A DNA stretch of 64,000 nucleotides from Bdellovibrionota bacterium (GCA_963668355.1 OY764265.1:224001-288000), one strand, 5' to 3'; shown: positions 48,363 through 59,401, counted from the first letter of the stretch. Translations and numbers: made by a program. The notes: generated by a model from the letters alone, not told the origin.

Positions 48363-48496
48363 AATTCAAGGGACAGTATACTTAATCACATAAAATCTCG
48401 AAAAGCCTTGTCTAATAACATCATCAGGTCGGCGATGTTGTGGTTTTTGCAAAACAATCCAGCAAATATGTAGTTAAGTATACTGTCCCCCGAATT
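48363..48496. mobile_element. 134-bp MITE-like element, copy 2 (same orientation)
   Basis: Near-identical to 46501-46634. Confidence 0.8.
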
Positions 48497-48574
48497 GAAA
48501 CCCATGTCGGACCATTTATCCTTTTCTCCAAACAGGTAGCGCCCCGCCATCTCGGACGTCCCCCAATTTGGGAA

Positions 48575-48847
48575 TTAAACGAGGAGGATCAGAGATATGA
48601 TCCCTATCACAATCGCCACAAGTGAAATTCCCAGAGATATCAACGTAATTTTCCACCAAAAAAGTGGAAGATCCCTTTGACGACATATTTTCAGAAAATC
48701 AGTAAACGCATATATTGGGAATATCGTACGAAGAACAGAGTCAGGATTTTCGCCATATTTGCGAAGCCCCGGGCTAACAACAATGAGGTAGACCGCCGTG
48801 TTAATGACAAAGGCAACGAACAGAATGCTGCCCAAAACCACTAACAT
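48575..48847 (-). CDS. Small membrane protein (possible immunity protein)
   Basis: 90 aa, two strong TM helices. Confidence 0.55.
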   Translation of the reverse strand: MLVVLGSILFVAFVINTAVYLIVVSPGLRKYGENPDSVLRTIFPIYAFTDFLKICRQRDLPLFWWKITLISLGISLVAIVIGIISLILLV

Positions 48848-48886
48848 AATCGGAATAGGTGATGAAATCGTAAAACCTCCCCTCTC

Positions 48887-49288
48887 TTATTTGCGGAGCT
48901 TCATATAACCCCAATTGCCCTGAATACCAATCCCAAGCCCAGTCGTAACCCCTATCCCACGAGCGGCTTCCCCATTCGCTTCACCCGTCAACCACTCAAG
49001 GTTGATGAACGCCGCTCCGACACCGACCGCACTACCTCCAGAAGTTACCGCCACCCACCCTTGAAAGGAGCGTTCAGAGAGAGAATTCTTTCTCGTTTTA
49101 AATTCTGTCCAAGTGCTTGGACCAGATCCGCCCGAACGTGCTCCAATGCCGAAGCCCCCTCCAACATACGTATACATTTTACGAGAGTGACTTCGAACAT
49201 CTTCAACCTCAAAGGTCGTTACTTCGCCCCCGACAATCACGCTACCTCCGCCACCCGCAATTGTACGAATTTTGAAGTTAGTTGCCAT
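48887..49288 (-). CDS. Gly-rich beta-strand hypothetical protein (possible toxin-like domain)
   Basis: 133 aa, SD GAGGGG, repeated GxGxG/GGS strands, no signal peptide. Confidence 0.65.
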   Translation of the reverse strand: MATNFKIRTIAGGGGSVIVGGEVTTFEVEDVRSHSRKMYTYVGGGFGIGARSGGSGPSTWTEFKTRKNSLSERSFQGWVAVTSGGSAVGVGAAFINLEWLTGEANGEAARGIGVTTGLGIGIQGNWGYMKLRK

Positions 49289-49438
49289 ATGTCGTAAAGC
49301 CCCTCTGCATGATATCTAATTACCTTTTAGGAAACCCACGGCTGAATTCAAATTAGTCTTACAACATCGAATACATGACAATCCTATTAAGTGTTCAGTT
49401 TTTTTCAACACATTCTTGGTTTTGAAATGAGGCTCCCG

Positions 49439-49536
49439 CAAAACTTAAAGGGTGGCTGCATGGGGTGGACCATCCGAGGACGGTTCTCCGCCCGCAGCGA
49501 TGGTGGGACCCATGCAGACAGGACCCTCAAGTTTTG
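49439..49536. repeat. Long imperfect intergenic hairpin (REP-like or ncRNA)
   Basis: Nested pairs CAAAACTT/AAGTTTTG, AGGGT/ACCCT, CTGCATGGG/CCCATGCAG, ACCATC/GATGGT. Confidence 0.6.
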
Positions 49537-49641
49537 GAATTAGTGCCGTCTTCTTGCTGTTTTTGCATTGAATTCAAGGATTCGAAGTTTCAACACTTTT
49601 ACTTCGAACGTAAAAGGAGCTTCGATCTAGACACTGCTTAA

Positions 49642-49766
49642 GGGGTTTGGTCAGGATTCGAGATGCTCTCCGCTTCGCTCCGATCCTCTCGAACCTGACA
49701 TAAGAATCTCTAATTCGCTTTGCTCATAAGAGCTTCTAAAACCCGAGGGGGTTCATTCACCACTTC
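49642..49766. repeat. Branched hairpin element resembling a tRNA-linked repeat
   Basis: GGGGTTT/AAAACCC closes two hairpins, each carrying CGCTT(C/T)GCTC; TCAGG-TTCGA/TCGAA-CCTGA T-arm-like stem. Confidence 0.45.
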
Positions 49767-49769
49767 AGA

Positions 49770-49817
49770 ACGGCAAATAAAAATACCCGACCTAGGTCGG
49801 GTATTTTTATTTGCCGT
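49770..49817. terminator. Perfect 48-bp palindrome / bidirectional terminator
   Basis: ACGGCAAATAAAAATACCCGACC-TA-GGTCGGGTATTTTTATTTGCCGT. Confidence 0.75.
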
Positions 49818-49842
49818 CCCCGTGCGGTAGCGAGTCAAACCC
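49812..49842 (-). other. Degenerate tRNA-Glu 3'-end-like remnant (putative att site B)
   Basis: Minus strand GGGTTTGACTCGCTACCGCACGGGGACGGCA then terminator; aligns with site A; coincides with the GC shift. Confidence 0.45.
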
Positions 49843-49844
49843 AT

Positions 49845-49994
49845 CTAAGTGCTTGATTCCACAGGAGAGACATTTTCCGAGGCAACCTCCTCCACTCCCT
49901 CGACAAGTAGATCAAGGTTCTTCTGTGCGGCTGCAACCAGTTCGAGCTTTGCCGATGCGCTTCCGCAGTTAATAGCCAAGACGTTCAGCTGCAC
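49845..49994 (-). pseudogene. ackA: Acetate kinase N-terminal remnant
   Basis: Manual translation VQLNVLAINCGSASAKLELVAAAQ... matches the acetate kinase phosphate-1 motif (ILVxNxGSSSxK); stops after 49 aa. Confidence 0.6.
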
Positions 49995-50089
49995 GAGATT
50001 TCACAGATTGGTAAAGGAGGCCTGCACAGTCTGATGGCGCCGCGCCGCTTCTCTTTCGGCTTCCCTTGGATCCGGTTTCATTTCCGTTT

Positions 50090-51745
<1,656 letters not shown>

Positions 51746-51755
51746 TTAGCCGACG

Positions 51756-52046
51756 TCATTTTTCGATCACACCGAGAACGTCGCCTTCATTCAAAATAAT
51801 GTGGTCCACTCCATCGAGTTTGATTTCGGTTCCGGAATATTTTCCGAGAAGGATACGGTCCCCCTTCTTGACACCCATTGGGCACAAAGAACCATTTTCC
51901 AGTCGCTTTCCTTCGCCGACTGCGATCACTTTGGCCTCCATCGGTTTTTCTTTGGCCGTGTCGGGAATGATGATTCCGCCTTTGGACTTTTCCTCTTCAC
52001 TCATTCGTTTTGCCAGTATTCGGTCATGTAATGGACATATTTTCAT
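51756..52046 (-). CDS. groES: Co-chaperonin GroES
   Basis: [28 protein letters not shown]. Confidence 0.97.
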   Translation of the reverse strand: MKICPLHDRILAKRMSEEEKSKGGIIIPDTAKEKPMEAKVIAVGEGKRLENGSLCPMGVKKGDRILLGKYSGTEIKLDGVDHIILNEGDVLGVIEK

Positions 52047-52123
52047 TTCTCAATTCTCCTATTCGATTCATTCACGCGCCCCTCAACCGAGCGTTCAAGT
52101 GCACGCCTGTTTGCTTGTTCTTT

Positions 52124-52558
52124 CTAGACTGTCTTGGGCTTTACTTTTTCGCCTTTCGGAAACCGAACATTCAACACGCCTTCTCTAAACTCGGTGAAAA
52201 CCCGATCCTCTTTAACATTGGCGAATATGGTGAAGCTACGAGAGAAGAATCCGCAATAACGTTCCATGCGATAATACTTCTTCCAATTGTGTTCCTTTTC
52301 CTGTTTCCGCTCGCCCTGAATTCGAAGGATTCCGCGATCGACCCAAACTGTGACGTCGGCCTCGTTCACGTTGGGGAGTTCGACCATAAGCATATATTCC
52401 TTGGAACTTTCGATGATATCTACGCTCGGCGACCAATCTGGAGGGGTGAGCATGGCATTTGCCGTTCTTGTTCCCACCGTAGGTCGACTGAAGAGCCGAT
52501 TCAAACGATCCGTCACTTCTTCCATTTCTTGAAAGGGATCCCAACGAATTAGTTGCAT
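52124..52558 (-). CDS. Hsp20/alpha-crystallin small heat-shock protein
   Basis: RWDPF, WSPSVDI.E, ER..G.FSRSF, GVL.V..PK; SD AAGGAG. Confidence 0.9.
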   Translation of the reverse strand: MQLIRWDPFQEMEEVTDRLNRLFSRPTVGTRTANAMLTPPDWSPSVDIIESSKEYMLMVELPNVNEADVTVWVDRGILRIQGERKQEKEHNWKKYYRMERYCGFFSRSFTIFANVKEDRVFTEFREGVLNVRFPKGEKVKPKTV

Positions 52559-52989
52559 AGCAGTTCTCCTTTTTGAATACGTACTCAATATATTCGGCGT
52601 TCATTCTCGATTACGTTTCGCCTTAATCGAGGACTCACCTAGTGTTTACAGGCAACTTCAACCGTCGACGATGAGAAAGTATCAACATGTTTTGTAGAAA
52701 ATACCGACATATAGAAAGAGTCGTAATTTAAAGTGGTTTTGCGAACAATCGGGTGAACTGGCTGAGTTGAGATGACTTTTTGAAAAATGCCGGTCCGGTA
52801 AGCTTTTCTGGATAGTCCAACAAAAGAAACTCGATACTTTTTCTAAACCATCATCATCCGTCGTTTTTTCCGAACAAACACGCTTAAATTTCCAAATAGT
52901 CAATGGGCCTCTCGGGCACGTAAAAGCGAGTCTGAGGCTTATCGCCTTATGAAGTTCATAGAAAAAAAACGGTGCCAAAGGAGAACGCT

Positions 52990-53271
52990 ATGGAAAGCAG
53001 AAAAGAACACATCGGAACCATGGAAAAGCAGCTTACGCAATGGGGTAAAAAGCTTGACGAACTCACGGCCAAGGCTGAGAAAGCCGGCGGTGATGCGAAG
53101 AGTGATTACCGCAAGGGAGTCGACGATCTAAAAGCGAAATACAAAGTCACGCAATCCAAGCTTGCGGAATTTAAAACCGGAAGCAGCGAAAATTGGGACA
53201 CGTTCAAGACCGGGATTGAGAGTGCTTGGGACGAGCTTGAAGAAACCTTCAAGAAGCTTACGAACCAATAG
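52990..53271 (+). CDS. Small coiled-coil stress protein (Sll1863-like)
   Basis: QL.QW....DEL..KA...W...K.G.ESAW.EL; SD AAGGAG. Confidence 0.75.
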   Translation: MESRKEHIGTMEKQLTQWGKKLDELTAKAEKAGGDAKSDYRKGVDDLKAKYKVTQSKLAEFKTGSSENWDTFKTGIESAWDELEETFKKLTNQ

Positions 53272-53285
53272 GGAGGGAGTGAATC

Positions 53286-53456
53286 ATGTTATGGACCATC
53301 GCGATCATTTTTATTTTGCTATGGGCTCTTGGACTGGCCACGTCTACTATGCTGGGTGGATACGTTCATCTGTTAGTCGTATTGGCTGTAGTACTCCTCC
53401 TATTTCGGATCATTCGTGGAAATCAAAGTGAGATTAAGCCGAAAGCAAGCGACTAA
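53286..53456 (+). CDS. Lmo0937/DUF5670-family small membrane protein
   Basis: Manual translation MLWTIAIIFILLWALGLATSTMLGGYVHLLVVLAVVLLLFRIIRG...; below the ORF-track length cutoff. Confidence 0.85.
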   Translation: MLWTIAIIFILLWALGLATSTMLGGYVHLLVVLAVVLLLFRIIRGNQSEIKPKASD

Positions 53457-53478
53457 GGTAAGCCCCCCAGGTGGACCA

Positions 53479-53958
53479 ATGAAAAGTACGATCATAGGCA
53501 TGGTTTTTCTCTTGGTTGGAGGGGTCGGGATGGTTTGCACGGCGGCCGAAGAGAAATCAGCGACCGAGCCGAAACACCTCGGAACCGTTGCGGTGAAACG
53601 CGAGAAGTTAAAAACGGAAACCAAGGAAGCGGGACGGGCGATGCAGGATTATGCCTACGCCGAGAAGACCCGTTTCGTCAATGAGATGAAAAGAGAACTT
53701 GGAAACATCCAAAAAGAGCTGGATCGACTTTCCGCCAAGGTCGAAAGATCCAGCGGAGCGGTAAAAGTTGATGCCAAGGCCAAGTTAAAAGTTGTTCAGG
53801 ATCAATCGTTCCAGGCAAAGAGGCAACTTGAGCAGTCGGAAAACGCTACCGAATCCTCGTGGGATGATATGAAAAGCGGCTTTTATAAGTCCTATGGAAT
53901 GTTGAAAAACTCCTTGAACCAGACACGTCAGTGGTTAAGCAAAAAGATCGCGCTTTAA
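53479..53958 (+). CDS. Secreted coiled-coil hypothetical protein
   Basis: Signal peptide; C-terminal ATESSWDDMKSGF..SY..L, paralog-like to 52990. Confidence 0.7.
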   Translation: MKSTIIGMVFLLVGGVGMVCTAAEEKSATEPKHLGTVAVKREKLKTETKEAGRAMQDYAYAEKTRFVNEMKRELGNIQKELDRLSAKVERSSGAVKVDAKAKLKVVQDQSFQAKRQLEQSENATESSWDDMKSGFYKSYGMLKNSLNQTRQWLSKKIAL

Positions 53959-54002
53959 CCGTCGACGTTACTAGACCCTTCTGCATGCTCTTCCAGCGGC
54001 TT

Positions 54003-55334
54003 TCAAACACGGGGGGCACTTGTCATGTCGAAAGTTTCGCGCACACGCTTCAATCGGCTCTCCATCCGTTGTCGATCTTGGGGGGATTCAACCGTGCGCC
54101 CAGCCAATTCGGCAGTCCATTGTATGTGCTCAAAAAGAACCCGCCGTCGGTTCGGGCTGTCCGTTTGACTCGCAATGGTTTGAAGCGCGCTAACCATTCG
54201 TAACATGATCGAGACATTGGCCGTGGCGCTACCCCGAATTTGATTGAAAGATTCAGCGACCAGACGGGAAAAGGTCGGTCCGATGGCGATAATCCTCAGC
54301 TCCCCATCCTCATAGCGGTGGGATGAAGGGATGTCCCGGGAGGCGAGCCGCGCCAGAATCGCCGTCAAATAATCCACGCACATCACGGCTGTTGTGGTGT
54401 CGTTGGTGCTCGGCGAGAGTGCGCGCAAGGCCATGTCCACAATCTGCCGGATGCCAAACGCAGCATCCTGTTCCAGCGTGCGGTGGCGGTTGATGCTGTA
54501 GGCCGTCTGCAGGTCAGAGATGATTTCTATGTCGGGAGAAACGTCCAGGGCCAGCGAGACGAGCGGAGTGTGCTCGACTATAAAATCGCCGATGCCGCGT
54601 TCCATCCGAACAATCGTGTTGTGTTCCCGTGCCACACGCAGAAGTGCCGCATTATCTACGCTTTGAATGTAACCATATTGTTTGGCCGGCACGACCTGCC
54701 ACTTTTTCTCCGAAAATAGGAGACGAGCCCGATCATCATCGTCGTCCACCGGCTCTTGTCCAAACTTTCCCGGGAAAAGGCGATCAACGGTGGTCATCGT
54801 TTCGTCGGCTACCGAAGCAATTATGCTTGACGCTTGAATCGAAGACGCGATGTGATGAATGAAGAAAATGAGAGCACCAATACCGCCGATCGCCAGCACG
54901 ACGCCGAAAGACACCGCCACACTCGGGATAAAGTCCCCCTCGGGTCCGCCGCGGATGGTTCGCAAAACGATCAAGCAATAGGTGAAAATGCCGGCAAAGA
55001 TTCCGAGGACGACCTGCGTGACACGGTCCCTCATGAAGTTTCGAAGGATGCGTGAGGTGTACTGGCTCGAGGCCAGGGTCAGGGTCACCAGGATCATCGA
55101 AAACGTGACCCCCATGACCGTCATCATGGATCCTGCGATCGTAGACAACATCCCGCGCGCGCCCTCAGCACTGGCACCAAATAGTCGGGGCCAATTCTCC
55201 AGCCATGGTTTGCTCTCAATGGAGTCCGTTTGAATCAGGGCCACCGCAAGCGCTATGCTGGCCGCAACCATAAGTGAAGGCAGAAACCAAAAGCTTCCCC
55301 GCAAGTTGATCAAGAACTGTCTGAATTTATGCAT
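54003..55334 (-). CDS. DUF2254 predicted membrane protein
   Basis: SFWFLP, LASSQYTSR, RT..QD..FGIRQIVD.A.RALSP..NDTTTA. Confidence 0.9.
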   Translation of the reverse strand: MHKFRQFLINLRGSFWFLPSLMVAASIALAVALIQTDSIESKPWLENWPRLFGASAEGARGMLSTIAGSMMTVMGVTFSMILVTLTLASSQYTSRILRNFMRDRVTQVVLGIFAGIFTYCLIVLRTIRGGPEGDFIPSVAVSFGVVLAIGGIGALIFFIHHIASSIQASSIIASVADETMTTVDRLFPGKFGQEPVDDDDDRARLLFSEKKWQVVPAKQYGYIQSVDNAALLRVAREHNTIVRMERGIGDFIVEHTPLVSLALDVSPDIEIISDLQTAYSINRHRTLEQDAAFGIRQIVDMALRALSPSTNDTTTAVMCVDYLTAILARLASRDIPSSHRYEDGELRIIAIGPTFSRLVAESFNQIRGSATANVSIMLRMVSALQTIASQTDSPNRRRVLFEHIQWTAELAGRTVESPQDRQRMESRLKRVRETFDMTSAPRV

Positions 55335-56239
55335 AGATCGACCCTTTGACCCTTTCCTTTGGACAGCGCTTCAAACCCGGAGATGACGTCGAACAATTCC
55401 TCGTCGATACTACTCTGACGCAAACGATGGAATGTTCCGTTGAGGTTCTTCAGTAATTCGTCGATGTTTTTGTCAGCACGTTGCATGGCCGCGAGGCGGC
55501 TTGCGTTCTCGCTGACGAGGGATTCGGCGCACGCCCTAAAGAGCGAGACGAAAAGATATTCGCGGATGAGGGCCCGCAAGGTCGCGGTTTCGCTACCCAT
55601 GACCTGGGGTAGGTTTTTGGACGGCCAGGGACGTTCGATCAGTTTGCGGCGCCAGTCTTCGTCCAGGGGTAGCAGTTGCTGACTAGAAGGAGCAAAGGTC
55701 GCCCCTGAGGTGGGACGATTGTAGAAAAGGTGAAGTTCGGTTACTCCACTTTGATGGAGGAGAGTGTCGCTCTCCACGAGAATCTGTCCAACGAGCGGGG
55801 TGATGGCCTTCACGGAGTTCGGCACAGTCAAAAGGCCATTTGGCGACAGACCGGCATCCGAAAGACGTGCGCACACGCGCTCGCCGACGGCCCAGATCTT
55901 GGGTTGGCCCGGTCGAGTTTCAAGGATCTTGACGGCAAAATCGGCCACGACATCATTAAACTGGCCCACCAGTCCTTGGTCGGAGCCGAACACAACCGCG
56001 CCGATCTCACTGGCTACGGTTCGTCTTTGACTTTCTGCGTTCAGAGTCGCGGGCCCGTTTTTCCGAAAGCATGCGCCCAAGCCTAGCTCTACGGTGCGAT
56101 CGTAGTCGGCCAACGCTTTAACTGATTTTTCGTATTGCCCGATGCTTGAGGCGGCCACGGCTTTCATCGTACGGACGACGGATTGGAGATCACTGGCTCC
56201 CTCAATTTTTCGGCGCAAAATCGCCGTGGTGTCACTCAT
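55310..56239 (-). CDS. atpG: N-ATPase gamma subunit
   Basis: VVRTMK, GSDQGLVG.FN, SENASRLAAMQ.A..NI, RQ..I.EEL. Confidence 0.93.
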   Translation of the reverse strand: MSDTTAILRRKIEGASDLQSVVRTMKAVAASSIGQYEKSVKALADYDRTVELGLGACFRKNGPATLNAESQRRTVASEIGAVVFGSDQGLVGQFNDVVADFAVKILETRPGQPKIWAVGERVCARLSDAGLSPNGLLTVPNSVKAITPLVGQILVESDTLLHQSGVTELHLFYNRPTSGATFAPSSQQLLPLDEDWRRKLIERPWPSKNLPQVMGSETATLRALIREYLFVSLFRACAESLVSENASRLAAMQRADKNIDELLKNLNGTFHRLRQSSIDEELFDVISGFEALSKGKGQRVDLCINSDSS

Positions 56240-56604
56240 TCGGCCCCCGAGAGTTTGGTTTCGGAATGGGGAGGGTCAGTTCTCTGACTCTTGTTATCGA
56301 GGCGCCGCCCTTGCGTGTTCTCGATCAGTCTGGCCAACTTGTCGATGGCGCCATCTATGGCGTGGTCTAACGTTGTCGCCTGATGAGTAACCGCTATGGG
56401 TTGGCGTCCCTCGAGACGCGCTTCCATCATGCAACGCTTGTCGTGCGAGCCGATCTTGGGGCCGTTCTCATCGCTGAGGTGGACCTCCACTCGCGTGATG
56501 TGATCGCTCACTCGGCTCAGGGTGCTCTCCACTAGGCCACGGACGTGAGCGTCCAGTCCCTCGTGAACTTCGATGTTATGCCCGGAATTGATTAAGACTT
56601 GCAT
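56236..56604 (-). CDS. HPF/RaiA-family (S30AE-like) ribosome-associated protein
   Basis: MQV.IN...ITRVEVHLSDENG.K...DKRC.MEARL.G..P.AV. Confidence 0.85.
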   Translation of the reverse strand: MQVLINSGHNIEVHEGLDAHVRGLVESTLSRVSDHITRVEVHLSDENGPKIGSHDKRCMMEARLEGRQPIAVTHQATTLDHAIDGAIDKLARLIENTQGRRLDNKSQRTDPPHSETKLSGAE

Positions 56605-56673
56605 GGTGATCTCCTTTGGTGATGGTTTGAAAAAATGTAGGGGGGCGCCAGTTTCGACCTGTCGTGTGGTTGT

Positions 56674-58275
56674 TCATGCCATTTCTTTGGATCCTTCCTT
56701 GGGCTTGTCCGCACGTTGCGCCCCAGGCTCGATTTTGTCTTCAGGCTTGGGCTGGAATCTTTCAAGAGATTTGCGGGCGACTTCGATGATTGCTTTGCGA
56801 TCCTCATCACTCAATTCTTCAGAGGTCTCCAATCGCTTGAGGATCTCCTTTGGAAGTTCGGCCACCGCCTCGGCAGCGACGTGCTCCGCGTCGGTCATTT
56901 TATCCATCGGCACGTGATCAAACAGTTCTGCCGTTAACGCCAGCAAGATGGTGATCTGCTCGGGAACGGACACCGGGGCGAATTCCGGCTGCTTAAGGCA
57001 GCTCCGAATTCGGCGTCCGTGCTCGATGGTTTTGAGCGTGTCTTCATCCAGGCGGGCTCCGAACCGGGAAAAGGTTTCGAGTTCTTCAAACTGCGCGTAG
57101 GCGAGTTTGAGGTCGCCCGCCACCCCTCGGTAGGCCGGGCGCTGCGCTTTACCGCCAACGCGCGAAACCGATTTTCCGACATCGACCGCAGGAAGTACGC
57201 CCAATTCGAACAGCGACGGCGAAAGGTAAATTTGTCCATCCGTGATGGAAATTAAGTTGGTTGGAATGTAGGCGGAAATGTTTTGGGCTTCCGTCTCAAT
57301 GATGGGCAGGGCAGTGAGGGAGCCGCCTCCGCGTTCCTTGGCCAGATGCGTCGCCCGTTCCAGCAATCGCGAGTGAATATAAAAGATGTCACCAGGAAAG
57401 GCCTCCCGACCCGGAGGTCGGCGGAGCAATAGGGACAGCTCACGATAGGCGCGTGCGTGATGTGTAAGATCGTCATAGACGATCAATACGTCTCGGCCCG
57501 CCTCCATGAAAGACTCTGCGATACTGGTCGCGGCGTAAGGAGCGATGTAGGCGAGACCTGGAGGGTTGTTCCCCTCGGTCACGACCACGACGGTGTAATC
57601 CATGGCTTCCTTTTCACGCAAGGTTGCGACCGCCTTCGCTACAGCAGACGCCCGCTGGCCAATTGCGCAATAGACGCAGACGACATTTTGCCCCCGTTGG
57701 TTGAGAATCGTGTCGATGGCTATGGCGGTTTTGCCTGTCTGTCGGTCACCTAAAATCAATTCGCGCTGGCCGCGCCCGATGGGAATAAGCGCATCGATGA
57801 CCTTAAGACCGGTCTGCAGTGGAACCGTAACGGCCGCACGGTCCATGATCGGTGGGGCGGGACGTTCGATGGGTAGACGATGGCTAGAACCCACCGGGCC
57901 TTTGCCGTCAAGGGGCTGGCCGAGCGGGTCGATCACGCGACCCAGCAATTCATCTCCCACGCCCACATCCATAACCCGACCGGTGCGCTGGACTTCATCT
58001 CCCGCATGGAGATGCCAGTATTCACCAAGTAGAACCACGCCTATTTCGTCTTCGTCCACATTGAACGCGATGCCGGGTACATTTCCTGGAAACGTCACCA
58101 ACTCATCAAAGCCCACGCTGGGCAGACCCGACACTTTGGCAATGCCGGTAGCAACACTGATGATGGTGCCCACCTCGCGTGGCTTAAGTTCTAAAGTGAA
58201 GGCTTCCCGTATTTTGCTTATTCCAGCAAACGCGCCCTCAAAAATGGTTTGGAGACTTTCAGGTTCCATATTCAT
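56674..58275 (-). CDS. atpA: N-ATPase alpha subunit
   Basis: [32 protein letters not shown]. Confidence 0.96.
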   Translation of the reverse strand: MNMEPESLQTIFEGAFAGISKIREAFTLELKPREVGTIISVATGIAKVSGLPSVGFDELVTFPGNVPGIAFNVDEDEIGVVLLGEYWHLHAGDEVQRTGRVMDVGVGDELLGRVIDPLGQPLDGKGPVGSSHRLPIERPAPPIMDRAAVTVPLQTGLKVIDALIPIGRGQRELILGDRQTGKTAIAIDTILNQRGQNVVCVYCAIGQRASAVAKAVATLREKEAMDYTVVVVTEGNNPPGLAYIAPYAATSIAESFMEAGRDVLIVYDDLTHHARAYRELSLLLRRPPGREAFPGDIFYIHSRLLERATHLAKERGGGSLTALPIIETEAQNISAYIPTNLISITDGQIYLSPSLFELGVLPAVDVGKSVSRVGGKAQRPAYRGVAGDLKLAYAQFEELETFSRFGARLDEDTLKTIEHGRRIRSCLKQPEFAPVSVPEQITILLALTAELFDHVPMDKMTDAEHVAAEAVAELPKEILKRLETSEELSDEDRKAIIEVARKSLERFQPKPEDKIEPGAQRADKPKEGSKEMA

Positions 58276-59090
58276 GGACTCGTGGTTTCGGACTGAGGTT
58301 CGGCCTGGGTTTTCGCTTTTGCTTTAGGTTTTTCTTTCTCTTTCAAAAGTTCGGCGACGCCGTTTTCCAGCGACGTCAGATAATCTTCGATGCTCCACGC
58401 TACTTTTTGTCCGTTTGCGATTAGTTCGATTCCCGTGATCAAATCCGGTGCGGTCTCAAACCGGATGCGAATTGCGGCTGAGAACGTTTCGTTGAGCGCG
58501 TTCTGTATGGCCGCACGTTGTTTCTCACCCAGATCAAACGCGCTTCGCACGAGTATAGGATCCGGCCCTTTCTTAAGAACCTTGGCGAGAACTTCTTTTA
58601 CCTCGTCGGTCATCGCTCGCAAGCGGCTGACAAATAACTGTTCAAGACGTTCCTCCAAACTCGCTCCAGCGAGATCCGCCAACACCTTTCGCGCAATGGC
58701 AAAGACTTCCTGCTGTGTCTGGCGACGGATGGCTTGGTGTAAATTCCGTTCTTCGTTTCTCAACGTTTGCTGGCGCTTTGAAGCCAAGTCCGAGGCCGTC
58801 TTCCGGGCTTCGTCAAGGAGCCTCTGACGTTCGACGTTGGCCTCGTCGGTTGCTTTGCTTAAGCGTGCAGCACGCTGCTTATCAAACTCTTCGTTTTTGT
58901 CCTGGAATTCGTCGCGTTCCTTTTGGGCATCGGTCTTTTTTGCATCGGCATCCGCGAGTTCTTTAGCAATCCGTTTCTCTCGCGCGTCGATGGCGTGAAG
59001 GATTGGCTTATACAGAAAGCGCTTCATCAACCACACCAGGATGAGAAAGTTGAGGGCTTGTGCTCCGACGGTGAACCAGTCAATCAACAT
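58272..59090 (-). CDS. atpF: N-ATPase b subunit with delta-like C-terminal extension
   Basis: [30 protein letters not shown]-terminal LITGIEL...G.KVAWS. Confidence 0.92.
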   Translation of the reverse strand: MLIDWFTVGAQALNFLILVWLMKRFLYKPILHAIDAREKRIAKELADADAKKTDAQKERDEFQDKNEEFDKQRAARLSKATDEANVERQRLLDEARKTASDLASKRQQTLRNEERNLHQAIRRQTQQEVFAIARKVLADLAGASLEERLEQLFVSRLRAMTDEVKEVLAKVLKKGPDPILVRSAFDLGEKQRAAIQNALNETFSAAIRIRFETAPDLITGIELIANGQKVAWSIEDYLTSLENGVAELLKEKEKPKAKAKTQAEPQSETTSP

Positions 59091-59094
59091 CGGT

Positions 59095-59376
59095 TTACTT
59101 TCCAGCCGCTTGTTCGATGACGTGGTTCCAGAACGGGTTGGCAAAAATAAGAATCATCGAGACGACGAAACAATAGATGGCCGTGGACTCGATCATGGCT
59201 AAACCTACGAACAACGTTCGCGTGATGGTGGCGGAAGCGTCGGGCTGTTGGGCCAGGGAACTCAGCGCGTTCGAAACGGCCTTCCCTTCTGACAGAGCAG
59301 GTCCCATGGTTCCAAAACCTGTGGTGATGCCGGCCGTGACAATGGAAGCCACAGCAATGATGGTCATGTTATCCAT
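59095..59376 (-). CDS. atpE: N-ATPase c subunit
   Basis: GPALSEG..AQQPD..LFVGLAMIESTAIY. Confidence 0.95.
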   Translation of the reverse strand: MDNMTIIAVASIVTAGITTGFGTMGPALSEGKAVSNALSSLAQQPDASATITRTLFVGLAMIESTAIYCFVVSMILIFANPFWNHVIEQAAGK

Positions 59377-59401
59377 AAAAATCTCCTTTTGGGGTTGTGA
59401 T

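Noticed and set aside
50001..50081. In-frame TGA upstream of the ackA stub as selenocysteine or readthrough
   Set aside because: The upstream peptide has no AckA similarity and no SECIS-like hairpin is evident
52559..52990. CIRCE element for groESL/hsp20
   Set aside because: No TTAGCACTC-N9-GAGTGCTAA found
57701..58327. 208-aa + strand ORF (similarly 60969-61556 and 52010-52552)
   Set aside because: Antisense shadows of conserved atp and hsp20 genes in GC-rich DNA
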